In this document: positions 1 to 14,438 of the stretch, piece by piece
Numbering within the stretch: position 1 is the first letter of the stretch
Layout of the letters: the number at the start of each line of letters is the position of its first letter
Sequence record: PQ741806.1
Length of the DNA: 64,000 nucleotides
Direction: 5' to 3' (one strand)
The notes under the pieces: model-generated
Told to the model about the DNA's origin: nothing
The model's database searches: none
What the model saw: only the letters and a program-made list of their open reading frames with translations
Translations under genes and position numbers: made by a program

Positions 1-116
1 TTGTCAAAGTTGGCTTTAGTCTCTTTAGCCTTCTTGTAGATAACATACCCAGTTCCAGCCAGTGATGCAGTGGCCAGAAGAAAAGATACACCTTTTGCAA
101 TCGTATTGAATTTCAT
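1..116 (-). CDS. Partial CDS running off the window edge; N-terminal hydrophobic anchor (MKFNTIAKGVSFLLATASLAGTGYVIYKK...)
   Basis: Manual translation; ATG at 116 preceded by AGGA; no stop before position 1. Confidence 0.7.
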   Translation of the reverse strand, partial: MKFNTIAKGVSFLLATASLAGTGYVIYKKAKETKANFD

Positions 117-150
117 AATAAATATTCCTATTTACTAATATTAAAACTAT

Positions 151-597
151 TTAATAGTTTCTGAAATGTTCACAAGTCGTTACTTCTTTCAGTCGTTTGA
201 TGATGTAATCTCGACTTTTATTGAATTGAAGTTTCTTTGCGTCATCCAGTTCATCCCATTGTGTAATTCTGGCCAGTTCAGGAACATTGTCATATTTTGC
301 TTTGTTAAGTTTTTTAATCATGTCCCATACATAGCAACCTTCGATAAACCACAAAAGACTCGTGTATGTATCCTTGTCAATTAAATTTACTCCATAAAGA
401 CTAAGGTCAACCTTGGCTTCTTCTGCCATTTTAATGGTTTTCTTATAATTATCAAATACATTGTGGAGGTTATGCTCTTCGCCACTGCTATCACAGTTTT
501 CAATAGCTTTCATCAACTCCGGAAATGTATCACTATAGAACTTGATCAATTTACGAGTAATCGCCTCTTGCACTTTCTGCTTTTTAGTCTTTGCCAT
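151..597 (-). CDS. Hypothetical early protein (phiKZ gp105-like by synteny)
   Basis: ORF track; AGGTGG RBS; directly downstream of the early promoter at 655-672. Confidence 0.75.
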   Translation of the reverse strand: MAKTKKQKVQEAITRKLIKFYSDTFPELMKAIENCDSSGEEHNLHNVFDNYKKTIKMAEEAKVDLSLYGVNLIDKDTYTSLLWFIEGCYVWDMIKKLNKAKYDNVPELARITQWDELDDAKKLQFNKSRDYIIKRLKEVTTCEHFRNY

Positions 598-654
598 TTT
601 ATTTCCACCTATTTACATTAAGTTGTATGATAATGTTTACAGTATTGTCACAAA

Positions 655-672
655 TGTAATATACTGTTTAAA
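655..672 (-). promoter_or_regulatory. Early (virion RNAP) promoter TTTAAACAGTATATTACA
   Basis: Contains the established phiKZ early motif TATATTAC; near-identical copies at 1843 and 38381. Confidence 0.85.
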
Positions 673-695
673 ATGGTTTGAATATACGACATAAA

Positions 696-715
696 GCCTT
701 CCCCTGAGGGAAGGC
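696..715. terminator. Intrinsic terminator hairpin GCCTTCCC-CTGA-GGGAAGGC
   Basis: 8-bp GC-rich inverted repeat just after the stop of the macrodomain gene. Confidence 0.75.
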
Positions 716-720
716 CAATG

Positions 721-1209
721 TTAAACCGATGAATCTATCCACGGTGGATAAACAACCACAATCTGGTTAGGCATGTGATTAGACCAATCTTCAATGATAG
801 TTCTAACATCAGAGAAATCTAATCCACCATTAGCACACCCTAGAGGTGGTATGATAATTTTCCAATCTGGATGAATACAGTCTTCTTCATTTTCCGCAGA
901 ATCCGATACGTTCTCCATCATCCACTCTAGACCACGTTCAATGAAACTAATTTGAGATGGGTTCCGCCAGTTATCCTTAGTGGGAAACATCATGAAACGT
1001 TTACCATCGGATGCTTTGTAAATAACCGGATTACCAATAGTAATAATTCTCTTTTTGCAATCGTGTTTGTATCTTTCAAAAAGTTCAGGATACTTTTCTT
1101 TAAACGATTTAGCTAAACCAGCGCCCATGACGCCAACAACATTAACAGTGATTAGATAAAGATCACCAGGTACATTGAATATATCTTTACCTATAATAAA
1201 TTCAGCCAT
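721..1209 (-). CDS. Macrodomain (ADP-ribose processing) protein, DarG/TARG1-like class; phiKZ gp104-like
   Basis: Motifs TVNVVGVMGAGLAKSF, FPTKDNWRNPS and IPPLGCANGGL. Confidence 0.85.
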   Translation of the reverse strand: MAEFIIGKDIFNVPGDLYLITVNVVGVMGAGLAKSFKEKYPELFERYKHDCKKRIITIGNPVIYKASDGKRFMMFPTKDNWRNPSQISFIERGLEWMMENVSDSAENEEDCIHPDWKIIIPPLGCANGGLDFSDVRTIIEDWSNHMPNQIVVVYPPWIDSSV

Positions 1210-1289
1210 GATAATGGCTCCTTCTACAAGAGTACTAATGAGAAGATCAAAACATAGACCTTCTCATTAGATTGGGTGCATTTCCAGGC

Positions 1290-1682
1290 TTATTGGATTT
1301 CTGGATTAGCATTGTAGAAGCCAATATAAGCCTTATTAAACTTCAAGTAATAATTATACTCTGAAGGCTCACCAGTTATTTCCCTAAATACCTTAGCAGT
1401 TATAACTTCGAACTTAGAACGCCGTAGCATTGGGAATAATTTCTTACTGCGCGATAGCTCACACAATCTAATCGAGATAGCTTGATCTTTAAATAAACCT
1501 GATTTGGTAAAAAAAGCGCCTTCATGAAGCCATTGAATTACTTCATTAAAGTCTGCGCGCCATTTCCTATGCTCATTTAAAGTTTTACCATTTATAAGGT
1601 ACCATAAAGCTCTAACTTTAGATCCAATAGTAAAAATACCTATTACCATTACTGCTAGACATATAGCAATTATAAATGACAT
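1290..1682 (-). CDS. Membrane-anchored hypothetical protein (gp103-like); start moved from 1766 to 1682
   Basis: AGGAGG RBS before ATG 1682; N-terminal TM helix MSFIIAICLAVMVIGIFTIG. Confidence 0.7.
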   Translation of the reverse strand: MSFIIAICLAVMVIGIFTIGSKVRALWYLINGKTLNEHRKWRADFNEVIQWLHEGAFFTKSGLFKDQAISIRLCELSRSKKLFPMLRRSKFEVITAKVFREITGEPSEYNYYLKFNKAYIGFYNANPEIQ

Positions 1683-1690
1683 ATGTCCTC

Positions 1691-1816
1691 CTAAATACCA
1701 TTGAAGATTAAAGTTCCTATTAGTGAGAGAATGAATAACACGACCACATGATGAAGTTTTATCCATGTTTCAGGTACTACCGGTTGTTTAGGTTTATTTA
1801 AAGGGATGTTTTCCAT
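1691..1816 (-). CDS. Unannotated 41-aa single-TM microprotein MENIPLNKPKQPVVPETWIKLHHVVVLFILSLIGTLIFNGI
   Basis: Manual translation; GGAG RBS; first ORF after the early promoter; its TAG overlaps the AGGAGG RBS of the next gene. Confidence 0.7.
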   Translation of the reverse strand: MENIPLNKPKQPVVPETWIKLHHVVVLFILSLIGTLIFNGI

Positions 1817-1842
1817 GTATATACTCCACATTAGTTCATATG

Positions 1843-1859
1843 TGTAATATACTGTTTAA
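1843..1859 (-). promoter_or_regulatory. Early promoter TTAAACAGTATATTACA
   Basis: TATATTAC motif; matches the copies at 655 and 38381. Confidence 0.85.
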
Positions 1860-2278
1860 GATCTTTCAAATACACCTTTCCAATTAGTAGGTCTTGGATA
1901 GGATCTAGGTAGTGATTCAGAATGTATAATGAATCCCTCGATATCCCCTTCTTTTGTTTTAACAGCAACTATATCTTTGATAATACCTTTTATTTGTAAT
2001 AAGCTATTCATAATCTCACGATAGAGTTGATCAAATCTATTTGCAATGATATTAGGATTGATTGGATAACCACAAATTGATTTATAGAAACTACACATTA
2101 CATCATTGTATCTATCTGGAACACATGTCCAAAAGAAATTATGTCGTTCTTTAATATAAAGAATGATCAAGTAGTTAAGATCATCTTCATCTTTTGCGGT
2201 ATAATTAAAGTATTGTTTTAATTCAGAAAAGAATTGTTGTGACCACCTCACATCAACTCGTATAAATAGTTGTTCCAT
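1856..2278 (-). CDS. Hypothetical protein (gp102-like); start moved to 2278
   Basis: The track start at 2302 lies inside a terminator hairpin; AGGTG RBS before ATG 2278. Confidence 0.7.
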   Translation of the reverse strand: MEQLFIRVDVRWSQQFFSELKQYFNYTAKDEDDLNYLIILYIKERHNFFWTCVPDRYNDVMCSFYKSICGYPINPNIIANRFDQLYREIMNSLLQIKGIIKDIVAVKTKEGDIEGFIIHSESLPRSYPRPTNWKGVFERS

Positions 2279-2294
2279 AATACACCTAAATAAA

Positions 2295-4268
<1,974 letters not shown>

Positions 4269-4272
4269 GGTA

Positions 4273-7328
<3,056 letters not shown>

Positions 7329-7363
7329 TTAAGATCATAAGATCATGGTCTAACAGCATAAAA

Positions 7364-7382
7364 GGGAGCCATGAGGGCTCCC
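7364..7382. terminator. Terminator hairpin GGGAGCC-ATGAG-GGCTCCC flanked by CATAA/TTATG
   Basis: Inverted repeat after the gp97 stop; TTTTATG follows on the minus strand. Confidence 0.8.
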
Positions 7383-7393
7383 CGTTATGTTTG

Positions 7394-9844
7394 TTACTTA
7401 ATGGCACGATTCACAGCAGTGTTAATTGCATTGGTAAGAGCTACAATGTAATCAACTAGAATGGTGTGGTTTTCAGCCGATTGGCCAACAACTTCCCATA
7501 CTGCGCCAGCTAGTTGCCGGACTTTCTTTTTACCGGCTTTACTATCCATGCTAGCCACTTTAGAGATATCACGGTTAGCTTGGTCAAGACGACGTACACC
7601 ACGGTTACCGCTAACTTTTAGAGAGGCATTACCAAGACCAATTAGAACTTTAGAAAGTTTCATTAGTTCAGTAACGTCTTTACGGCTAACTTTAGCAGTA
7701 CCAGTACCAGTAGCACCCCATTCACCAGTTGGAAGTGCAATAGCAGCTAATCGTTCAATATCTTTACTAGTGCGACCAGTTACATCACGTCCAGACTTCT
7801 CGAAGGTAAAACTACCATCTAGTTTTCCACTAATGAATGCGCTTTCAGGATATTTCTTAACAGGTACTTCTAATTTAGTTGCTTCTTCTAGAGCCTTATC
7901 AATAGCTTCTTCACTATCAGCTTCAATAGCAGTTGCTAGATGACCAACTAAACGTTCGATGTATTCACCATCGATTTTAAAGCATTTGTTAATAATATCG
8001 CTAATACGACGAACCTCTCCAGCAACACCACGCACTAGATTATCATCACCTTTTAGAATACCATTAATTTTGATTTCTTTACTTTCAAAATTATCAGTGT
8101 CTTTAAGCTTAACTAGAAGTTGGTCAGCTTTAGTATTAGCTGCGGCGAGTTCTTTTTGGTTAGCTTTAACATGGATGGATGCATTTGCACCTTCAGCAAT
8201 ATTGTCGATAATATTTCGAACAAACTTACCAATAGTGCTATTAAATGATTCTAGTGAAGTAACCATCGCCTTATAGTAATCTTCTAGATTACCATAACCA
8301 TAATCTTCCATTGCTGGAATACCAGGTGAATAGACATCAAAGGCATTGTGTAGACGTTCTAAGCAGCTATTAGCATGAACGATGAACTGAGGGCTATACT
8401 GTTTATGCTCTAGTCCATAATGCAGAATCTCAAGCATTGATTCATTTGATGCCTGCTCTTCAAGTAATTGACCAATGGTCTTCTTACTGTCCTCAACTTC
8501 ATCTTCAAGATCATCAGCTTCAGCAACTGCCTCATCAGCAGCTTCATCTGCTTCTTCAACATCATCTTCAGTTACTTCTACGTCAACATCCGGGATGTCA
8601 ATTTCACCTTCAGCTAACTTTTCTTCGATGTCATCTTCTGAAACGTCATCATCTGTTTCTGCAACAATTGTTTCACTGTCGTCTTCAACAGCACCTTCTT
8701 CAATTGTTGGTTCGGAAATAGTAGATGCCGTTTCGGTTTCAGCAACTGTTTCTTCAGTTTCAGCTTCATTGATTAATACATCAGTAGAATCACTGTCATC
8801 ATTAGTTAATTCTTCTTCAGCTTCATCCCGAACTTCTTCCAATTCGCTTAAGCCTTCTTCAGCTACTTCTGCTGTTTCGGCAGCTTCTTCTACAATTGGA
8901 TCAGTTACAGCTACTTCTTCATCAACTGCTACGATTTCATCTGGTTCAGCTTCAGCAGGAACACTTTCAGATTCCGCCTCTACTACTTCAGCTACTTCAC
9001 TATCAGTTGTATCCGGCGTATCTTCTACGGTTTCAACAACTTCTGTTTCAGCATCAGCTACAGCTGGTTCAGTAATTTCGACTTCTTCTGTTTCAGTGAT
9101 CTCTGTCTCAGGTTCATCATTGGAACTTTCATCAGCAGTTGTTTGCTCAGCACCGGCTTCTTCAGGAGTTACATCGTCATCAATACCAGGGACTGCTTCA
9201 CTTACAACTTCACCAGCATCTAACACTTCATCTGGTAGTGTATCCATGGTTGATGAAACAGGTTCATCACCAGCTGGAAGTTCCTCAGATAGTGGTGCAG
9301 GCGGTGGAGTTTCGTCACCAAGTGGGGTTTCTTCAGTGGGGGTTAATTCCACTGCTGTTTCACCAGGTGCTTCTGCAACAGGTACTAGTTCAGTATCATC
9401 AGCCGCATCTTGTGCAGCTTCAATAATTTCAGTGGTTGAATCTAAAACCTCTTTACCGCCTTCAGAAATTGTACCGATTTCTTCAGCGATTTCAGCTTCA
9501 GCAACTTTAACTGCTTCTTCGCCTTCTTCGACACTAGTGGTAGCTAGCGGTTCAGGAATACTTTCCTCAACAACAGTTTCTTCTGGTACAACTTCTTCAA
9601 CAATTACTGCTGACTTATCAGCAGCATGTGCTGTTTCTTCATGTTCTTCAGCAGAGATAATATCAGTATCTGTTTTAACAGTTTCATTCTCAATAGTTGC
9701 AGATGCATCATTATCTTTCTTTAAATCTTGAACTAGTTCATGATCATCTTTAACAGATGTCTCGACTTTGGATACATCCTGTTCCACAGCCGTACCATCT
9801 TGGTTCTCAAGGCTGGCTACATATTTGTGAATATTTACCATCAT
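7394..9844 (-). CDS. Inner-head (inner body/ejection) protein with a very long acidic propeptide (gp97-like)
   Basis: About 500 E/D/A/V/T-rich N-terminal residues; S/A-x-E prohead protease sites (ASLE, AME, TSLE); position in the gp93-97 cluster. Confidence 0.8.
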   Translation of the reverse strand: MMVNIHKYVASLENQDGTAVEQDVSKVETSVKDDHELVQDLKKDNDASATIENETVKTDTDIISAEEHEETAHAADKSAVIVEEVVPEETVVEESIPEPLATTSVEEGEEAVKVAEAEIAEEIGTISEGGKEVLDSTTEIIEAAQDAADDTELVPVAEAPGETAVELTPTEETPLGDETPPPAPLSEELPAGDEPVSSTMDTLPDEVLDAGEVVSEAVPGIDDDVTPEEAGAEQTTADESSNDEPETEITETEEVEITEPAVADAETEVVETVEDTPDTTDSEVAEVVEAESESVPAEAEPDEIVAVDEEVAVTDPIVEEAAETAEVAEEGLSELEEVRDEAEEELTNDDSDSTDVLINEAETEETVAETETASTISEPTIEEGAVEDDSETIVAETDDDVSEDDIEEKLAEGEIDIPDVDVEVTEDDVEEADEAADEAVAEADDLEDEVEDSKKTIGQLLEEQASNESMLEILHYGLEHKQYSPQFIVHANSCLERLHNAFDVYSPGIPAMEDYGYGNLEDYYKAMVTSLESFNSTIGKFVRNIIDNIAEGANASIHVKANQKELAAANTKADQLLVKLKDTDNFESKEIKINGILKGDDNLVRGVAGEVRRISDIINKCFKIDGEYIERLVGHLATAIEADSEEAIDKALEEATKLEVPVKKYPESAFISGKLDGSFTFEKSGRDVTGRTSKDIERLAAIALPTGEWGATGTGTAKVSRKDVTELMKLSKVLIGLGNASLKVSGNRGVRRLDQANRDISKVASMDSKAGKKKVRQLAGAVWEVVGQSAENHTILVDYIVALTNAINTAVNRAIK

Positions 9845-9943
9845 GTTAATATACCTTCTGTACAGAGTTTATGAGTTATGCTATTCGTCTTAGTCATAAC
9901 TCCAAGCGACGAACGTTAACATTCAAAATATTGCGCTGGAATC

Positions 9944-11059
9944 TTACTTTAGATTTTCATCGCATACATTGAGTATGGCAGTCAAATTACGACATGTTAA
10001 TTTAAATAGGTCGTGATAAGGAATAGCCAACCAATCAACATATGTTTCTACCAATGAAACAAGTTCTTGTATTTCTCTATCAGGTCGCCCTTCATTACGA
10101 GCACGTGTTAGTTCATCTCTAAACCTGATTAATGCACCTTTAAGAGTCCTTAACCGTTCATTTCGACGAGTACGCATTGATGCAGCATTTGCACGATTGA
10201 TCTTATCAACTACCTTAACAACTCGATCAATAATACTTTCAGTAACTTGATGGTTGAAATGTTCAAATTCTATTTCGACTGGTAGTGGTCTAGGGGTTTC
10301 TTCAGATGGAACTAACCGTGAAGAAATATCCCTACACTGATCATAAGCACTTGCATTCTTATCGGGATTATAGTTAATTACAATCTGATGATTACCTAGC
10401 AAATGCAATGATACAAATCGATTACCTTGATCGCGATAAACAGATGGTGTGGTTATTTTAGTTGGGGCACTATTTAATAGTAGTTCTGCTAAAGCATCTG
10501 GACTAGCATTTGGATTCATATACGAAGGTATGATATTAGCTGGCCTTAGAATCACATTGTCTAATCCATTGATATACCCATCAACTACTGTCTCCAATAC
10601 GCGTAAGTGAGATAACAAATTAGCACTATTGGTAATAGGTTTATATCTAACACTTAGGTTCTGAATACGAGTTGTAATTAGGAATGTAGGATTCTTATTT
10701 TTACGAGTTCTAGCACGACTGTTAACTCGTAAGTTTTCTGCTCGAATTGCAACATATTCAGCTGTAGCTGCTAATACTACTCCACTATCCATTAGTTTCT
10801 CAATAGTGGTGACAAATAGTTTAATAACTCGATCAATGACATGTTTAATAGTATCACTAATATCTTCAGTAGATACCACATCCTCTAATTCTTTGATAAC
10901 CCCTTGGATCTGATTATAATCTTCCATACCACCTAATAGATCCATCACTCGCCTAGCTAATGCTTCATCGCCTGATAATAAATCTGCAAGTCTTTTAGGT
11001 TCATCAAGATCAATAATCATTTCATCTGGTGTATCTTTATAAATATCAATTAATTCCAT
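9944..11059 (-). CDS. Head protein (gp96-like)
   Basis: VSTE-DIS cleavage-type motif near residue 65; synteny. Confidence 0.7.
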   Translation of the reverse strand: MELIDIYKDTPDEMIIDLDEPKRLADLLSGDEALARRVMDLLGGMEDYNQIQGVIKELEDVVSTEDISDTIKHVIDRVIKLFVTTIEKLMDSGVVLAATAEYVAIRAENLRVNSRARTRKNKNPTFLITTRIQNLSVRYKPITNSANLLSHLRVLETVVDGYINGLDNVILRPANIIPSYMNPNASPDALAELLLNSAPTKITTPSVYRDQGNRFVSLHLLGNHQIVINYNPDKNASAYDQCRDISSRLVPSEETPRPLPVEIEFEHFNHQVTESIIDRVVKVVDKINRANAASMRTRRNERLRTLKGALIRFRDELTRARNEGRPDREIQELVSLVETYVDWLAIPYHDLFKLTCRNLTAILNVCDENLK

Positions 11060-11077
11060 TGCTAACTCCTAACATAA

Positions 11078-11101
11078 GACGGGACTCTTCCGAGCCCCGT
11101 C
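11078..11101. terminator. Terminator hairpin GACGGGACTC-TTCC-GAGCCCCGTC
   Basis: Inverted repeat between gp95 and gp96, with CATAA on one flank and ATATG on the other. Confidence 0.75.
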
Positions 11102-11120
11102 AATATGTCGTCACCTATCA

Positions 11121-12764
11121 TTATTCTGCTTGGAATTTAGTGTTAATTACACTATTATAAAGTCCAGTTGCAGTATTTGCGTAACGCATTGCTTCACGAA
11201 TAATGGAGTCATGTTTAGGTGCACTATCTGTAATAATAGATGCTACCTTACGTGATACTTCTTCGATCTGTTCTTTAGAAACATCGTCGATTTTATCACT
11301 CTCTAGTTTCCGTGAAAGTTGATCAACATCATCTTCAAGTTGCTTAATGGCTTTAACAATGTTCCGTCCGCCAGTGATAACATTAGCTGCATCATCAACC
11401 AGATTACGTAGAGCTACTGCTTCTTTCTTAGCTTGACTCTTATCAAAGTTCTTTAAAGTCACTTCAGCGCCAGGTTCTGCGGCTGTCTCATCATCCGTTA
11501 GATATACTTGAGTAGCAGTCGTAGTTACAAGCTTATTACCCGGTAAAGTGTTAGATGTACTAGCGTAGTGTTTGAGAGGCCCATCTTGAAGTTTGTCCAT
11601 CTTCTCAACTAGTTCGCTAGCATCATTACGCTCTGGATCCCAAGCTTTAAGCACAGTGCCAATATTCGTTAGGTAGGTAGCATAGTCTTTTGCATATACA
11701 GATGCCATCCATTTAACAATAGGGCCATATCCAACGTTAGCTGAAGGCTGAATGAATTTACCATTAGCAAATACGGGTCCACCATTTTTAACAGGAACCG
11801 TTAATTCACTGGGTATATTTTCAAACTTAGCATTTTGGATAGCTAAAATGAGTTCATCAACTTTTACGCTCACACGCGGTACACTATTCTTAAGACTATC
11901 CCATACGTGGCTAATAATTTCACGTAGTTTAGCAATAGCTTTCTTGATATAAGCAAGCGCCTTACGACTTAACTCTTTAATATCCTCAGTTGAAATCTTA
12001 ACTGGATATAAATGACTTTTACCACCAGTCGTATAGTTTTCTAATGAGCTAGTTAAAGTATTATCACCAAGTACATGACGATGTGGTAAGAGTGCAGAAT
12101 GAATAAATGCAGCTGTACTTTGACTGATACCATTAATACCAGCTTGTCGAACAAGAGCTTTAATCGACTCTAGGGCATATGCGGTATTTAGACCTTGATT
12201 AATATCTTGCACTGCTGTAGTAACTACTTGTGCATTACCAATGTCCATGAAATCAGTAGGTTTATCCATATCCACTGCAACAGCGATCTGTGGCACCACG
12301 CCATTATGCGCTAGTGGAATAGAACTATCTTTGGCAGCCTGATCAGCGATTTGCTGAGTTACTGTTTCACCACCTTGTGGTTCCTCTCCTTCGGCACCTG
12401 CTGGAATAACTGTTTCAACAGCAATATTAGGTTGTTCAGGAATAGGGGGTACTTCTGTTACTACATCTGTTTCAACTACGGTAACTGGTACAGCTGGTTG
12501 TTCAACTAGAGTAGCAGCTGGAGTCTCAACAATAACGCCATTATTAGGAGTATTAACAATAGTGGTATCTGCATCCACTGGTGCAGTTGGTGTTACACCA
12601 ACATTATTGTCAGTCACATCTTGAATAGTATTTTCAGGTACAGCGTCTTCAGAAATACAATCGCCACTAGTCATGGCTGCTACTTTATCAACTGCTGTTT
12701 CAGGAATAGGTACCTCAGTATAGTCTTCTAGACTATCTAGATACTCATTGAGTTTAAATGTCAT
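11121..12764 (-). CDS. phiKZ internal head protein family (gp95-like)
   Basis: Paralogous segment ALESIKALVRQAGINGISQSTAAFIH...SLENY...ISTEDIKE. Confidence 0.8.
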   Translation of the reverse strand: MTFKLNEYLDSLEDYTEVPIPETAVDKVAAMTSGDCISEDAVPENTIQDVTDNNVGVTPTAPVDADTTIVNTPNNGVIVETPAATLVEQPAVPVTVVETDVVTEVPPIPEQPNIAVETVIPAGAEGEEPQGGETVTQQIADQAAKDSSIPLAHNGVVPQIAVAVDMDKPTDFMDIGNAQVVTTAVQDINQGLNTAYALESIKALVRQAGINGISQSTAAFIHSALLPHRHVLGDNTLTSSLENYTTGGKSHLYPVKISTEDIKELSRKALAYIKKAIAKLREIISHVWDSLKNSVPRVSVKVDELILAIQNAKFENIPSELTVPVKNGGPVFANGKFIQPSANVGYGPIVKWMASVYAKDYATYLTNIGTVLKAWDPERNDASELVEKMDKLQDGPLKHYASTSNTLPGNKLVTTTATQVYLTDDETAAEPGAEVTLKNFDKSQAKKEAVALRNLVDDAANVITGGRNIVKAIKQLEDDVDQLSRKLESDKIDDVSKEQIEEVSRKVASIITDSAPKHDSIIREAMRYANTATGLYNSVINTKFQAE

Positions 12765-12851
12765 GTTATTTCCTCAAGGAATTTCTTTGCGCGCGTTTAA
12801 CAATAAACCATAGAATTAGGTACTTAGATAAAAATGAACACTTAGATATAT

Positions 12852-14369
12852 TTATTGGCCATATCTTTCTAATTCCATATTACAAACAGCATTTCGTTGC
12901 TTTGCAATACGTAATAGGTAACTAATTAGTGTTGCGTATTCTGGTGACATATCGGTAATAAAGCCATTAACTAAAGATATAATCTCATTTGCATCATCAC
13001 GAGCACCTTTCCAAATAGCTTTAGACCTACGTAGCTCCATGTCCTCAATGCCCTGTGCAACCTTCTTCAGTTGTTCAAGGACATCTTTTTCAGCTTTAAA
13101 TAGATCACCTAAACGACGAATAGCTTCTTTATTAACTTCTAATGTTTTACGCACTTCAACAGGCGGCCTTGGCTCGATCGTGATTGTATCTGGACCATCA
13201 CCATGTTTATCTTCACCAAGTCGTGGAGCATATTTATCTTTCTGGAATATAAGTTTACTATTACCAGGTAGAGAAGTATCTTTTACTTTATCTAACTGAT
13301 TAGCTTCACCAATAAATTCAAAAGCCTCTTTAAACTTATCTAGTTCATTATCTTCTAAGTCGTAGTCTTTAATTAATTTAACTACTTTATCAATGTTTGA
13401 TCTAGCTATATTTGGCCATTCTTTAGCTAGAAATTGACTAACTTTTGTTTCATTAGTTAAATCGTCTAAAACAAATTCATCACCAATGAATAACATTTTA
13501 GGATTGTCAATTTTAATTGACATATCAAAATCAGGTGTTACCCTTTCATTTGATACAGTTGGCTTATTGATTAAACTTTTCGCTTTTTCAATTAACTCAT
13601 CAGTTTTATCTTCAACTGATTTGATTCCAGTTAGTACACGCTGTGCCGCTACTTTAGCTTGTTCAATAACATGGACTATTAAAGCAAGTATCTTTTTACC
13701 TATACTTTCAATACGTTCTTTTATTTCTTCTTGAGAAATATTTACAAAACGCATAGCGCTGCTAGGGGTTGCATTAAAATCTTCAATACTAATCTTTTCA
13801 AAGCCGATAAGCTTATCAATTGATTCTAATGTAACGTGCATAAAAGCAGCTGATTGTTTAGTAATACCTCTATCACCAGCGGTATTTAATAAATCTATAA
13901 AACATTCTAAACTAGTACGCGCATGCAGTAATTGATTTAGCTGATATGTCATGTTTTGAGATGGAGGTGTATCATACGCAAAGATATTTAAATGATCATC
14001 ATCACTATCTAAATCTTTACCATCCACTGGTGTAGGTCTATTATCAGGACTTTCTCGGGTATCATGGGGTGATGCTGGATATTCTTCTGATGCGACGTAT
14101 GTTTTACCAAATGAATCAACTTCAGTAACTAAACCACGATCTGATTTCCAATGGATATTAGGTTTATGTGCTTCTTCAACATCTAACCCATTATTAGTTG
14201 CTTTTACATCATTTGGTAATTCATCAATTAATTTGGCAGCTTCTTCTGGTTCTTTAGATATTTGCTTGTCGTCTGTAGCAGCGTGCTTTAGTTTGGCTTT
14301 CGCGACTTTTTCTTTTACTTCGACAACACCATAACCTTCTAAACTATCAAGTAACTTATTTAAGTTCAT
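12852..14369 (-). CDS. phiKZ internal head protein family (gp94-like)
   Basis: Paralogous segment SLECFIDLLNTAGDRGITKQSAAFMH...ISQEEIKE. Confidence 0.8.
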   Translation of the reverse strand: MNLNKLLDSLEGYGVVEVKEKVAKAKLKHAATDDKQISKEPEEAAKLIDELPNDVKATNNGLDVEEAHKPNIHWKSDRGLVTEVDSFGKTYVASEEYPASPHDTRESPDNRPTPVDGKDLDSDDDHLNIFAYDTPPSQNMTYQLNQLLHARTSLECFIDLLNTAGDRGITKQSAAFMHVTLESIDKLIGFEKISIEDFNATPSSAMRFVNISQEEIKERIESIGKKILALIVHVIEQAKVAAQRVLTGIKSVEDKTDELIEKAKSLINKPTVSNERVTPDFDMSIKIDNPKMLFIGDEFVLDDLTNETKVSQFLAKEWPNIARSNIDKVVKLIKDYDLEDNELDKFKEAFEFIGEANQLDKVKDTSLPGNSKLIFQKDKYAPRLGEDKHGDGPDTITIEPRPPVEVRKTLEVNKEAIRRLGDLFKAEKDVLEQLKKVAQGIEDMELRRSKAIWKGARDDANEIISLVNGFITDMSPEYATLISYLLRIAKQRNAVCNMELERYGQ

Positions 14370-14406
14370 TTACAATTCCTCAAGAATACTTAATTACATA
14401 GCATAA

Positions 14407-14428
14407 GAGGAACCCCGAAGGGTTCCTC
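14407..14428. terminator. Terminator hairpin with a cUUCGg loop on the minus strand
   Basis: GAGGAACCC-CGAA-GGGTTCCTC with CATAA/TTATG flanks. Confidence 0.85.
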
Positions 14429-14438
14429 ATTATGTTTG

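Noticed and set aside
8475-9731. 418-aa Ser-rich plus-strand ORF, with nested 8437-8721 and 9139-9426
   Set aside because: Antisense shadow of Glu/Asp/Ala-rich gp97 codons (GAA/GAT read as TTC/TCA/TCT); no RBS or promoter
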